62,486 nucleotides of DNA from Minisyncoccota bacterium (GTDB lineage Bacteria > Patescibacteriota > Minisyncoccia > Phycocordibacterales > UBA9973), in assembly GCA_018063015.1 (NCBI GenBank), contig JAGORC010000001.1, positions 1 to 62,486 on the forward strand. Direction: 5' to 3'. How positions within the stretch are numbered: position 1 is the first letter of the stretch; each line of letters starts with the position of its first letter. Positions 7,616 through 17,910 of this stretch are shown piece by piece. The position numbers and the translations under genes were made by a program. The notes below the pieces were generated by a model. It searched no databases, was not told the origin of the DNA, and worked only from the letters and a program-made list of their open reading frames with translations.

Positions 7616-9382
7616 ATGTCAGACGACGAAAAATCTAAAAAGATAAACAACGATAAGATTGAAGAGCTCTCTTTTGAGATGGTTAGAGGACAGGAGTCTC
7701 CTTCTGTCAAGAAGGAGGAGCTAGCCAATACCTCGAAAAGGGGAGCTAACGCATGGAGTCACGAAAACCAATCTAAGTTAGAAGATCTCGAGAAAAATAT
7801 AGAAACCAGAAAGTCTAAAATTGGAGAATTAGACAGGAACATCCAAGAATTGTCTTCCAAGAAGATAGACAGGATGGGTGCTGTTTCATATTCTGAAAGT
7901 CAAATTAAGGAAAGTATAGGCAGTCTTCTAAGAAATTTAGAAGGGATAAAAAAAATTAATTCACTAGAAGTCCGCGGGAAAGGTGACTTTATGGAAGTTA
8001 TCGGGGATATAGAAGCTGAAGGTAAAATTTTATTTAAAACAATAAAGGCAAAAGGAGTTGTCTCTGTTACATTTGGCAACGAGGGTGGGCGTATAAAGGT
8101 AAAAACTCATAAAGTAACAGGTGACGAGTTTCTCATAAACAAAAAACTAAAACCCATGCTACCTAAGGTTCCTGATCTTTTGAAAGATTATATAGAAAAC
8201 AAAGAGGGTAACTATACGAAAAGAATATTTATAGAAAACGGGGAACTAAAGGCTGAATTCAATACCCCAGAAACCGAAACCGGGGTTTCTGAAAGATTAG
8301 AAAAGCTAGAACTAGAAAAAACCACTGAGGAATCATTACTCAGAGAACTAGAAGCAAGTAGAGCAAGACTACAAGAAGAAAAGGAAAGTATATTAGCCAG
8401 TGAAGATCCACAAGACGGAGAAGATGCTGAGCTCTATAAACCATTCGATTTAAAGAAATCAATGGAAGCACCATTGGCATCTAAAATAGAAAAGAAAATC
8501 TGGGAATGCACAACAGATGATGAATTAGAGAATCTTGTAAACGATATAAAAAATAATAAAGATAAGATCAAGGAAGATTTGAAGGCTACTTGGCCAGATG
8601 TCGAAGCAGTTTTAAAATCTTCCAAGAAGGAACTACTAGATATAGTTGATCTATGGGAAGAATGGACTAAGAACGAAGACAAACCAGAACTTCAAGAGTG
8701 GTCTAAGAAATGTCTTGCGACATTAGGCGAAGCTATGGGGATAGAATCAGAAACTGAAGAGGAACAAGGACCGAAAGAAGCAGAAGAAGAACCTGTTGTA
8801 GCAAACACAAATGAAAACAAAGAAGAAGCACCTCAGGAATCACCTGAAGCAGAAGAAGACGCAAGTACCAAAGAAGAACCCGAGAAGGAATCTACGAAGC
8901 AAGAAGCGGGCATAGAATATATACCGATAGTAAATGAAGGCGAGAAATTTAGAAAAATAATTTTAGAAACAGGTTATCTAAAGAATCAAATAGAAGAAGG
9001 TATGAAATCACTTTTAGAATCTAAATCAATGGTAGCTGACGGAGATGAACTTGTAGAAATAAATTCTGCTGAGGGTTCTTTGGTATTAACAATGAATATT
9101 AGGAAAGAAGAACATCCAAATGGCGAGAAGCAGTGGCACCTTGAAGCAACACTCGAAAAAGAAGAAGAAACTAACGAAGTTAAGTTCACTAAATTTGAAT
9201 ACAAAAAAGACGATAGCCACTACTATAGGCTTGATTTCAAAAATAAATTAACAGAAATCTTAGAGGGAATTTATGAAGATATGGCTAGAAAACACGGCGA
9301 GGATACAAATCTAAAAAACACCAAGACAGAGGTAATAGATAACGGATTAGAAATAATTTTTGAAAAAAATGATAAGAATTAA
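7616..9382 (+). CDS. large, highly charged (Glu/Lys-rich) protein, function unknown
   Basis: 588-aa uninterrupted ORF with no obvious TM or signal peptide. Coiled-coil-like charged stretches, an acidic linker, and N- and C-terminal globular segments that end similarly (IFIENGELKAEF versus VIDNGLEIIFEK). Confidence 0.6.
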   Translation: MSDDEKSKKINNDKIEELSFEMVRGQESPSVKKEELANTSKRGANAWSHENQSKLEDLEKNIETRKSKIGELDRNIQELSSKKIDRMGAVSYSESQIKESIGSLLRNLEGIKKINSLEVRGKGDFMEVIGDIEAEGKILFKTIKAKGVVSVTFGNEGGRIKVKTHKVTGDEFLINKKLKPMLPKVPDLLKDYIENKEGNYTKRIFIENGELKAEFNTPETETGVSERLEKLELEKTTEESLLRELEASRARLQEEKESILASEDPQDGEDAELYKPFDLKKSMEAPLASKIEKKIWECTTDDELENLVNDIKNNKDKIKEDLKATWPDVEAVLKSSKKELLDIVDLWEEWTKNEDKPELQEWSKKCLATLGEAMGIESETEEEQGPKEAEEEPVVANTNENKEEAPQESPEAEEDASTKEEPEKESTKQEAGIEYIPIVNEGEKFRKIILETGYLKNQIEEGMKSLLESKSMVADGDELVEINSAEGSLVLTMNIRKEEHPNGEKQWHLEATLEKEEETNEVKFTKFEYKKDDSHYYRLDFKNKLTEILEGIYEDMARKHGEDTNLKNTKTEVIDNGLEIIFEKNDKN

Positions 9383-12300
9383 TTTTAACAATCCATTCAC
9401 TAAAGGTAAGGCAACTCCTGAAGAGAAGGCTCGTATTTTAGAGTTAAACAATAAAGTCAGAGAAGTAGAAGAAGAGAAGAACCAGAAGGAGCAAGAAATG
9501 TCTCAAGGTTTAACGTCATTATCTGGAGAGGAGAAGTTGGAAAGAATGCGAGAGATAATCGCACTACAAAATGAAAAGAGAGAACACAATAGAGCGAAAA
9601 TAGACCTAGAAAGAGAAATACGGGAAGGACGATCTTCAAAGAAAGAAGAGAAGAAGGTGATAAAGCAAACTCCAGAAGAAAAAATAGCTGAATTCTTAAA
9701 CGAATACAATCTAAAAGATAAAATGGGGGATGATTTTGAAGATCTTTCTATTGGACAGAAGATGTTTGTTGTAGAAAACACCAAGAAAAGAATAGTAGAT
9801 ATCGTAAAAGACGACGCGGAAACTCAATATTCTGTGTACTACAAAAACAAAATGCGTGCAGTTAATACAGAAGCAAAGGGTGTGTATCAGAAAATAGCTA
9901 AGACGATAAAAATTAGCAAAACTAGTATAAAGGAATCTCTAATAAAGGCAATGGAACTAAAGAACTTAGAGAGTGAAGCATTTAATTCTCTAATACACGG
10001 CAAGAAAGGTGAGGAACTATTAAAAGATAACTTAGGGATATTAGTGAGTAGCGCAAAAGAACAAGAAATTACTTATGATAACCAAACAGATAAAACCAGA
10101 ATAAGTTATGAATCTTATCACAGAGATGACGGCCAAGAATACACAGTAGAGGAAAGACAGGTCATTGTTGACTTCAATCGCACAGCTAATGAATTCAGGA
10201 ATCTTCCTTACGAATGGGGACAAGAAAACAAGGTTGGTTTAGGAAAAAACAAGAACAAGAAAATATATGAAGAAACAAAAGCTTCATACGAGCAATCAAA
10301 AATAGAATTACTAAAACTTAAATCAAGCAAAGAAGATCCTAATAAAAAGGGAAGTGCTATGTTGGAAGTTTCTCAGATTGATAGCAGGATCCAGATGGAA
10401 CAACTATTAAACACCCATCCAGAATTTGAGAAAGAAATTCAAACCCTCGAAAGAGAGTCTGGCTGGAGAGAAGATGTTAAGGATTTAAAGAATTTAGCAA
10501 ACAATCTGACAGGCAAAAACATGGCCAACAGATTATTTATGGCTATAGGTTATACAGCTAGAGGTCTATCTAAGGGTGCATTTGCTGCATCAAACCTAGG
10601 TGGCTTAACTTTTGCATCTTCTATGGCTATTGGTGGAACCTTGGGATATTTCAAGGGAAAACTAAAGGGTAAAGAAACATTGGAAGAAAGAAGACGGGGT
10701 GCACGACATGGCAAGAAAGATGAGAGTGATGAAAAAAACAACGTGGTTGATGCAACCAACCTAAGTAAACGCTTAGATAGTTTGCTTGTGTCTTTAGAAA
10801 GCGCGACTACAGAGGAAGAAAGGACTGAAGCGTTAGATAGATTAAAGAGAAGATTAAGTTACTCAAAAGAAAAAATAGAAAATGGCTTAGTAAACTTCGG
10901 CAATTCTCAAGATTCACTAGAAAATAAATTCAATTTTATAAGTAAGCTAAGTAATGCCGCTGTCTTATCTTCAAGTCTAGAGAAATCAGCGAGAAGAGAT
11001 ATTGATCAGAGATTACGAGAGTATCTAAACAAAAGAAAAGATAGTATTAACTCAAAACAAAAAGAATTCATTAGAGAACAAGCTAAGAGAGGGATCCTTG
11101 TTGGTGCTGGGTTCGCAACTATGGGTTATGGAATCAGATGGCTAGGAGAACACACTGGCTGGTGGGGTCCAGATGGAGGAAAACATTTAACTGAAGATAG
11201 TCCAACAGGACCTATCCCAGAGACTAAACCTACAGTCGAACAAGTAGTGCCTCCTGTTCAAACAACACCTCCAGAAGTAGAGGTTGTGGTTGAGCCAGCA
11301 GTCGAGGAGTCACCAGAAGAAGTAGTTAAGGATGGCCACAGTAAGGGAATACACAGATTCGAAAAACCTAAAGTAAAAACAGAGAAGGAGTATGTTCCTG
11401 TTGAAACAGAAAAAGGTTCTGAAGAAAACTTAACTCCTCCAAAAGAAGCAGAGAAGGAAGTAAAAATAGAAGACAAAAATGTAGACCCTACATCTAGGGT
11501 GCAAGGTTCTAAGATAGAGTGGAAAGAGGGAGAAAGCGGAAGCCAAGAAAACATAAAAGACCCTACATCTAAAGTTCAGGGTTCTCAGATAGTCTGGGAC
11601 CAGAAAGAGAGTGGAAGTGTAGAAAATATAAAAGATAGAACACAGGTGGTTCAAGGTTCTAATATAAGAAGAGGCTATATGGAGTCTGGGGAAGATGCGC
11701 CAGTAGCAAAACCTGAGGAGACTCCTGCAGTAGAAGAAAAACCTCATATAGAAGAGGGAGTGAAAGAAGACCCGTCAACTTCTACAACTGAAGAAGATTA
11801 TAGAGAACCAACAACAGAGAACGGAAATAAAATGGGCCCTCCAACTGAAGACGAATATATGGAACCAACAACAGAGCAAGGTTCTCCTGTAGAAGAAAAA
11901 ATAACAGAAAAGACAGAGGGCGCACCTAAAGTCTCAGTAGAAGAATCTCAATCAGAAGAATACAGAGAGCCAACTAGTGAAATAGACTACAAAGAAGGTA
12001 ATATCCCAGAAGAAGAGTACAATGAACCCATCGCAGAAAAGACACCTGAGAATATGCCTGACAACCCTGAGAAAGAAATCAGAAAACCAAACATCGAGAG
12101 TGAGTACGAAGAGCCTGGAGAAAACACTCCTCCAACTTCCGAAAACCCTTACGGATTAAATAATGTGGAGCTACAAGAAGTAAAAACTATTAGTAACGAA
12201 AATCTATCTAAGGTTTTCGGAGAAAAAATGAATATCTGGGAAAATATAAAGAACAACCCAGCATCAAATGAAATAACTTCTGAGGGAATCACTGACGAGA

Positions 12301-12461
12301 AGAAAGCATTTATAAAATACCTAAAGAAACTCAAAGATGTTACAGGGCTAGAGCCTAAAGCAGAAACATTTGTATCTAGAGCAGAAACAAATTCAGAATA
12401 TATAAAGCGTGCCTTAGAATACGCAATAAAACAAAACAAACTAAGTCAGCTAAAGCTCTAA
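9369..12461 (+). CDS. very large membrane-associated repeat protein, function unknown
   Basis: About 1030-aa ORF; ATG at 9369 overlaps the upstream stop by 14 nt (TTG at 9360 also possible). Charged coiled-coil N-terminal part, two Gly-rich hydrophobic segments (..AASNLGGLTFASSMAIGGTLGYF.., ..GILVGAGFATMGYGIRWL..), then a long Pro/Glu-rich repeat region and a C-terminal globular end. Confidence 0.6.
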   Translation: MIRINFNNPFTKGKATPEEKARILELNNKVREVEEEKNQKEQEMSQGLTSLSGEEKLERMREIIALQNEKREHNRAKIDLEREIREGRSSKKEEKKVIKQTPEEKIAEFLNEYNLKDKMGDDFEDLSIGQKMFVVENTKKRIVDIVKDDAETQYSVYYKNKMRAVNTEAKGVYQKIAKTIKISKTSIKESLIKAMELKNLESEAFNSLIHGKKGEELLKDNLGILVSSAKEQEITYDNQTDKTRISYESYHRDDGQEYTVEERQVIVDFNRTANEFRNLPYEWGQENKVGLGKNKNKKIYEETKASYEQSKIELLKLKSSKEDPNKKGSAMLEVSQIDSRIQMEQLLNTHPEFEKEIQTLERESGWREDVKDLKNLANNLTGKNMANRLFMAIGYTARGLSKGAFAASNLGGLTFASSMAIGGTLGYFKGKLKGKETLEERRRGARHGKKDESDEKNNVVDATNLSKRLDSLLVSLESATTEEERTEALDRLKRRLSYSKEKIENGLVNFGNSQDSLENKFNFISKLSNAAVLSSSLEKSARRDIDQRLREYLNKRKDSINSKQKEFIREQAKRGILVGAGFATMGYGIRWLGEHTGWWGPDGGKHLTEDSPTGPIPETKPTVEQVVPPVQTTPPEVEVVVEPAVEESPEEVVKDGHSKGIHRFEKPKVKTEKEYVPVETEKGSEENLTPPKEAEKEVKIEDKNVDPTSRVQGSKIEWKEGESGSQENIKDPTSKVQGSQIVWDQKESGSVENIKDRTQVVQGSNIRRGYMESGEDAPVAKPEETPAVEEKPHIEEGVKEDPSTSTTEEDYREPTTENGNKMGPPTEDEYMEPTTEQGSPVEEKITEKTEGAPKVSVEESQSEEYREPTSEIDYKEGNIPEEEYNEPIAEKTPENMPDNPEKEIRKPNIESEYEEPGENTPPTSENPYGLNNVELQEVKTISNENLSKVFGEKMNIWENIKNNPASNEITSEGITDEKKAFIKYLKKLKDVTGLEPKAETFVSRAETNSEYIKRALEYAIKQNKLSQLKL
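11484..11700 (+). repeat. in-frame 75-nt (25-aa) tandem repeat, about 2.8 copies
   Basis: Units start at 11484, 11559 and 11634. They encode DPTSRVQGSKIEWKEGESGSQENIK / DPTSKVQGSQIVWDQKESGSVENIK / DRTQVVQGSNIRRGYMESGED. Confidence 0.8.
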
Positions 12462-12482
12462 AAATTATGCTATATTCTATGG

Positions 12483-14402
12483 ATGGATCATTTGAAAGAT
12501 CTTAATCCAAAACAGAGAGAAGCGGCACTTCACAAAGAAGGCCCTCTTTTGATTGTAGCGGGAGCAGGAGCAGGAAAAACTAAAACTATAACCCACAGAA
12601 TACTAAATTTAATAAAAGAAGGAGTCTCCCCAAATAATATTTTGGCTGTTACATTTACCAACAAAGCTGCTAAGGAGATGAGAGACCGTATAGTGAAAAG
12701 CATAGAGAATATTACCAAAGGCCAAGACTCTACTCCATTTATTAGCACGTTCCATTCTTTAGGGGTTTATATAATAAAAGAAAATGCTAGAGCCCTGGGA
12801 TTGAATAAATATTTCAGTATTTTAGATGAAGGTGATTCAATAAGTATAATAAAGGAAATTTTAAAACAGAAAAGCATAGACCCTAAACAATACGAACCTA
12901 AAAAAATAAAAAATGTTATAAGCCGGGAAAAAGGTAAATTTACAAATGAAGAAGAATACAAAGCTACCCAGAATAATTTCTTTGGGCAACTAGTAGGGGA
13001 AGTTTGGAAAGAATATGAATCAAGAAAAAACAAAGAAAACTCTCTGGATTTCGATGATCTATTGTTAAAATCAGTAAAACTTCTAAAAGAGAATGAAGAA
13101 GTAAGGAAGTCTTATCAAGATAGATGGAAATATATACATATAGACGAGTATCAGGACACAAACGAAGTGCAATACCTGATGTGTAAGTTATTGACTGGAG
13201 ATACTAGAAACATCTGTGTTGTAGGTGATGCAGATCAAAATATTTATTCATGGAGAGGTGCTAATCTAAAAAATATATTGAACTTCGAAAAAGATTACCC
13301 AAATACAAAAATAGTTCTACTTGAAGAAAACTATAGATCTACAAAAAATATTATAGAGGTAGCAAACCATATAATAAAAAAGAACAAATACAGACCAGAA
13401 AAAAATCTATTCACCAAAAACAAAGATGGGGAGAAGATTGGTCTATATGAAGCGCTCGACGAAGGTGACGAAGCAGATTTTGTAGCAAGCAAAATAATAG
13501 AGTTGAAAGATAGTGGGGAAGAAGAAATAGCAGTTTTGTATAGAGCTAACTTTCAATCACGAGCTCTAGAAGAAGCAATGCTAAGATACAACATCCCTTA
13601 TCAAGTTTTAGGAACAAAGTTCTTTGAAAGAAAAGAAGTAAAGGATACCTTAGCTTACCTGAGAGCATCTATGAATAGAGAGAATTTAGCAGACATAAAA
13701 AGAATAATAAATTTCCCAGCACGTGGCATAGGTAAGGTAACTCTATTGAAAATTTTTAGTAACGATACAGAAGAACTACCAATAAAAATGAAATTGAAGA
13801 TTAATAAATTTTATGAAACTCTTGATGAGATTAGAGAGAAGATAAAAACAACAAAGCCTAGTGAAGTAATAAAATTTATTATAAAAAAATCTGGTATAGA
13901 GCAGGAACTCTTAAACGGCACTGACGAAGATAGGGAAAGATTAGAAAACGTAAAAGAACTTGCTACTCTAGCAATAAAATATGACAATCTAGAAAATGGC
14001 CTTGGGATAGAGAAGCTAATAGAAGATGCTTCGCTGGCCTCAGACCAAGATAGTCTTATGGTAACAGGAGAGGTAAGAGAAAAATCGTTAGGGGTTAAGC
14101 TAATGACAATCCATGCTTCAAAAGGTCTTGAATTTAATTATGTATTTATAACGGGACTTGAAGATGGATTATTCCCTCACGAAAGAGGAGGTGACACCTT
14201 ACCAGAAGATCAGGAAGAAGAAAGAAGGCTCTTCTATGTAGCTCTGACTCGTGCAAAAGAAAAACTATTCTTGAGTTTTGCAAATTTCCGTACAATATTC
14301 GGGTCTAGACAGATAAATACTCCTTCAGAATTCATAACTGATCTTCCTAGAGATTTACTAGACGAAGAAGGAGTAAATAAAATAAAAACAATTTATATAT
14401 AA
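12483..14402 (+). CDS. pcrA: UvrD/PcrA-type ATP-dependent DNA helicase
   Basis: 639-aa ORF; Walker A GAGAGKTKT, DEYQDTN, VGDADQNIYSWRGA, TIHASKGLEF motifs of SF1 UvrD/Rep helicases. Confidence 0.9.
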   Translation: MDHLKDLNPKQREAALHKEGPLLIVAGAGAGKTKTITHRILNLIKEGVSPNNILAVTFTNKAAKEMRDRIVKSIENITKGQDSTPFISTFHSLGVYIIKENARALGLNKYFSILDEGDSISIIKEILKQKSIDPKQYEPKKIKNVISREKGKFTNEEEYKATQNNFFGQLVGEVWKEYESRKNKENSLDFDDLLLKSVKLLKENEEVRKSYQDRWKYIHIDEYQDTNEVQYLMCKLLTGDTRNICVVGDADQNIYSWRGANLKNILNFEKDYPNTKIVLLEENYRSTKNIIEVANHIIKKNKYRPEKNLFTKNKDGEKIGLYEALDEGDEADFVASKIIELKDSGEEEIAVLYRANFQSRALEEAMLRYNIPYQVLGTKFFERKEVKDTLAYLRASMNRENLADIKRIINFPARGIGKVTLLKIFSNDTEELPIKMKLKINKFYETLDEIREKIKTTKPSEVIKFIIKKSGIEQELLNGTDEDRERLENVKELATLAIKYDNLENGLGIEKLIEDASLASDQDSLMVTGEVREKSLGVKLMTIHASKGLEFNYVFITGLEDGLFPHERGGDTLPEDQEEERRLFYVALTRAKEKLFLSFANFRTIFGSRQINTPSEFITDLPRDLLDEEGVNKIKTIYI

Positions 14403-14404
14403 AT

Positions 14405-15181
14405 ATGCAATACCACAAAGCAAAAAAATCCCTGGGCCAAAATTTCCTTAAATCAGATAAGATTCTAGGAGATATAGTAGACGCTGGTGAAATAAATAAA
14501 AAAGATACGGTACTTGAAATAGGTCCAGGGAAGGGAGCTCTTACGGAGAAAATTCTAGAGAAAGCTGGATTAGTGATTGCCATTGAAAAGGATAGAAATT
14601 TATATGAAATACTAAAAGATAAGTTCAAAGAACAAATACAAAATAAAAAACTGGTACTAATAGAAGCCGACATCTTGGATTTAAATCCGAAATTAGTAGG
14701 GCTTAAGTCCAATAAATATAAAATAATTGCAAACATTCCCTACAACATAACCGGAGCAATCTTGAGAAAATTCTTAACAGAAGAAACTCACCCCAATACT
14801 ATGGTCCTAATGCTTCAACATGAAGTAGTGAAGAGGATATTAGCCAGAGATGCCAAAGAGAGCATATTGTCGATCTCAGTAAAGGCATATGGACTACCTA
14901 AGATGGTTATGAAAGTAGGTGCTAGATATTTTTCACCTGCACCCAAGGTTGATTCAGCTGTAATAAGCATAAAAGATATATCTAAAAAAATATTCAAGGA
15001 CAGCAAGGTGGGAGAAAACGATTTTTGGGACTTGATACATAAAGGATTTTCACACAAAAGAAAGAAACTAAGTAATAATTTAAAAAATTATAATAATATT
15101 GATAAAACTGTATTTCTTAGATTTAAAGACAAGAGAGCTGAAGACTTAAGCTTAGATGATTGGCTAAGTCTTCTTAAATAA
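14405..15181 (+). CDS. rsmA: 16S rRNA (adenine1518/1519-N6)-dimethyltransferase
   Basis: 258-aa ORF; KSLGQNFL start and SAM motif LEIGPGKGALT, NIPYNIT motif. Confidence 0.9.
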   Translation: MQYHKAKKSLGQNFLKSDKILGDIVDAGEINKKDTVLEIGPGKGALTEKILEKAGLVIAIEKDRNLYEILKDKFKEQIQNKKLVLIEADILDLNPKLVGLKSNKYKIIANIPYNITGAILRKFLTEETHPNTMVLMLQHEVVKRILARDAKESILSISVKAYGLPKMVMKVGARYFSPAPKVDSAVISIKDISKKIFKDSKVGENDFWDLIHKGFSHKRKKLSNNLKNYNNIDKTVFLRFKDKRAEDLSLDDWLSLLK

Positions 15182-15238
15182 TTTCCTATTATCAACAGCA
15201 TGTCTTGTTGACTTTGATTAAAGTGTTATAATTTAAAC

Positions 15239-16180
15239 GTGCAATTGAATTTAACATCTAATAACAAGCGGATTCTATTCACTATCGCATTTGTAGTGAT
15301 AGTGGTTTTACTTTTCTCACTCAATACTAAATCAACAATCAAGAACCAAGCTGGTCAAAGTACGGGATTGGTCTATGGAGATAAGACTCTAAGTGATGTT
15401 GTAAACACAGATTCTGATCTAGACGGAGTGCTTGATTGGGAAGAAGGACTATGGGGTACCGATGCACTAAAAACAGATTCTGATGGTGACGGCGTACCAG
15501 ATGGAACAGAGATAAGTAAGCTAAAGGGAGTAGAAGCAATAGATGACGGTAGTATACTTGAAGAAGAAGAGAATTTAACAGAGACTGACAAATTCTCAAG
15601 AGAAGTATTCACTACAGTAGCCACACTAAGCCAGTCAGGAACATTAACCCAAGAAACACTGGATGGTTTAGGATCTTCTTTGGCACAACAGATAGAGAAC
15701 CCTACAGTAAGTAAGGTGTTTTTATTTAGTGACATAAAGACGACAGGCAACAATACCGCTGAGTCCGCAAGAATATATTTAAATTCCCTAGACAGCATAT
15801 TCAAACAACAACCTCTATTATATAAGAATGGTTATGATGGAATGGTATATACAATAAATGTAACTTTTTCTGATGTTCTACAGAAATACCTATTAGATCC
15901 AGAGAGCGACAAGGCTTTCTCTGGTCTTGCTCAAATAACAAAAGAAATAGAAAGTACCATTAAATCAATGAAGGGGCTCACAGTTCCTAGTGGCTTATCT
16001 GTTATACATCTAGATATACTAAATAGTTTCCAGAGAATCTTAGAAAATATGACAAACACTAAGCTAGCAATAAAAGATCCTATTGTTGCTATGGGTGGAG
16101 CAAGTAAGTATGAAGAAAATGGTATGGCACTAGAGAGTGCATTAAATAGATTAAAGGTAGCAGTAGGTCAAACTAATTAA
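15239..16180 (+). CDS. membrane-anchored secreted protein with thrombospondin-type-3-like Ca-binding repeats
   Basis: 313-aa ORF (GTG start). N-terminal TM helix (ILFTIAFVVIVVLLF). DxDxDGxxDxxE-type repeats DSDLDGVLDWEE / DSDGDGVPDGTE at about 15410-15512. TATAAT at 15227-15232. Confidence 0.6.
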   Translation: MQLNLTSNNKRILFTIAFVVIVVLLFSLNTKSTIKNQAGQSTGLVYGDKTLSDVVNTDSDLDGVLDWEEGLWGTDALKTDSDGDGVPDGTEISKLKGVEAIDDGSILEEEENLTETDKFSREVFTTVATLSQSGTLTQETLDGLGSSLAQQIENPTVSKVFLFSDIKTTGNNTAESARIYLNSLDSIFKQQPLLYKNGYDGMVYTINVTFSDVLQKYLLDPESDKAFSGLAQITKEIESTIKSMKGLTVPSGLSVIHLDILNSFQRILENMTNTKLAIKDPIVAMGGASKYEENGMALESALNRLKVAVGQTN

Positions 16181-16197
16181 TATTAACTATATCCAAA

Positions 16198-17853
16198 ATG
16201 ATTTTTAAAAACTTATTGAGTCAAAAAATAATATCCTTCTTTCTAATAATTGCAGTTCTCTCTCCTGCTTTCATAATATTCTCTATGCCTAAAGAATCTT
16301 CTGCTATATTCGGAGTTGCTGATGTTGTGTTTGACCCAGCACTATTTCTTAAGGAAGTATGGAAAGTCATAAAAGAAACAATAAGACAGTTCTTAATGGC
16401 TATAGCTAGAAAGCTTCTAGATAAGATAACTCAGTCGACCATCAACTGGATAAATAGCGGCTTTAGGGGGAAACCACTCTTCGTAGAAAACCCCGGGTCG
16501 TTCTTTAAAGATGTAGCGAAGGAACAATTAAAGGGTATCGTTAATCAGCTTGGATACGACCCAGTTAGATTCCCGTTTGGGAAACAATATGCTCTGGGTA
16601 TAATACAACAAGCCAAGGGGCAATTTGAACAAAATGCTCAGTATAGTTTAAGTAAATATTATCAGAGTTCAGCAGAATTAGAATACAGAAGAGAAAACTT
16701 TAATGTAGGTGGATGGAGTGATTTTGCACTTAATACACAATTTCCACAAAATAACTTTATAGGATTCGGTATCATAGCTGATGAAGAACTTGCTACAAGG
16801 GTATCTGGGGAAAATTCTCCAATTCAAAACTTAAAAAATAGTGTACAACAAGGAATGGGATTTTTGTCTCCACAGGCATGTAAGAGTAATCCAAGCTGGG
16901 ATCCTGAAAAAATAGCACAAGGTATCCCTGAAAGCGAACTTCCACCTTACAACCCTCCAGCTGGAAATGGTATGGATGTAAAAGTCTACAATGACGTATG
17001 GAATGCGCAAGTGCGAGTAGCGAAGAATACGTTCCAAGCAAGGTATGGATGTAAGGAAGGTCCAGTTGCTACGACTCCAGGTTCAATCGTTTCAAGCCAG
17101 ATAATGACAGCCCTAGGGTCAAAGCAGAGACAAGGCGAACTCGGTGCAGCACTTGGAAACAGCCTAGCAGCATTGTTTGATGCTTTGTTAAATCACTTCT
17201 TCAATAAAGGCCTTACAGCTCTAACAAGTGCAGTGAGCTCAACTCCAGATCCAAACATTAACGATTTCAGTTACTTCGGCGACACTGGAGGTGGTTATGC
17301 AGGTAATCCTCCTACAAATCCAGAACCGAAAATAACAGTAAATGTTACTCTCATAAATGATAATGGTGGTACAGCTACACAAAACGATGTACAGGCATTC
17401 GTGGATGGTGCCCCAGTACAAGACGGAATAGCCTTAGTTTATGACACAGGAGGACACAATGTTTCTGTTACTACCCCAACAGACTATGTAGTAAGTGTCA
17501 GTGGGGATTGTTCTTCTAGTGGGTTCGTTACATTAAGCATTGGTGATAATAAAACTTGTTACATAACAGTTGATGATGTCATATCTGGAGGTACTGGAAG
17601 ACTGACTGTAAGAAAAATAGTAATAAACGACAATGGTGGAACACTTTTAGCAGATGATGTACAGCTGTTTGTTAATGGAAGTCAGAAACTAAACAATGTT
17701 GAGTATGTTTACGCTACAGGAACATATACTGTAACTGAAACAAATCCAACAGGATACTCAGCTTCTTTCGGAGGAGACTGTGCCTCAGATGGAAGTATAA
17801 CAATCTCTGACAATGATGTGTTGGAATGCACATTAACTAACAACGATCTATAG
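16198..17853 (+). CDS. membrane-anchored secreted protein with two C-terminal beta-sandwich-like repeats
   Basis: 551-aa ORF with an N-terminal TM helix. C-terminal tandem about 83-aa repeats (..INDNGGT..DV..FV.G.......Y..G...V....P.GY......GDC...G...) at 17329-17850. Confidence 0.6.
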   Translation: MIFKNLLSQKIISFFLIIAVLSPAFIIFSMPKESSAIFGVADVVFDPALFLKEVWKVIKETIRQFLMAIARKLLDKITQSTINWINSGFRGKPLFVENPGSFFKDVAKEQLKGIVNQLGYDPVRFPFGKQYALGIIQQAKGQFEQNAQYSLSKYYQSSAELEYRRENFNVGGWSDFALNTQFPQNNFIGFGIIADEELATRVSGENSPIQNLKNSVQQGMGFLSPQACKSNPSWDPEKIAQGIPESELPPYNPPAGNGMDVKVYNDVWNAQVRVAKNTFQARYGCKEGPVATTPGSIVSSQIMTALGSKQRQGELGAALGNSLAALFDALLNHFFNKGLTALTSAVSSTPDPNINDFSYFGDTGGGYAGNPPTNPEPKITVNVTLINDNGGTATQNDVQAFVDGAPVQDGIALVYDTGGHNVSVTTPTDYVVSVSGDCSSSGFVTLSIGDNKTCYITVDDVISGGTGRLTVRKIVINDNGGTLLADDVQLFVNGSQKLNNVEYVYATGTYTVTETNPTGYSASFGGDCASDGSITISDNDVLECTLTNNDL

Positions 17854-17910
17854 TTTATTTCATAATTAGTTGCTATAATTTATAGTAATAATCCTTCTTA
17901 GGATTGATTA

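Noticed and set aside
14347-14736. 129-aa minus-strand ORF, and similar internal antisense ORFs (15373-15804, 20775-21191, 48720-49145, 23220-23576, 18672-19031)
   Set aside because: All are nested antisense within longer ORFs that carry clear family motifs or coherent TM/signal features. The AT-rich, GAA/AAG-rich coding strand generates long stop-free antisense frames.
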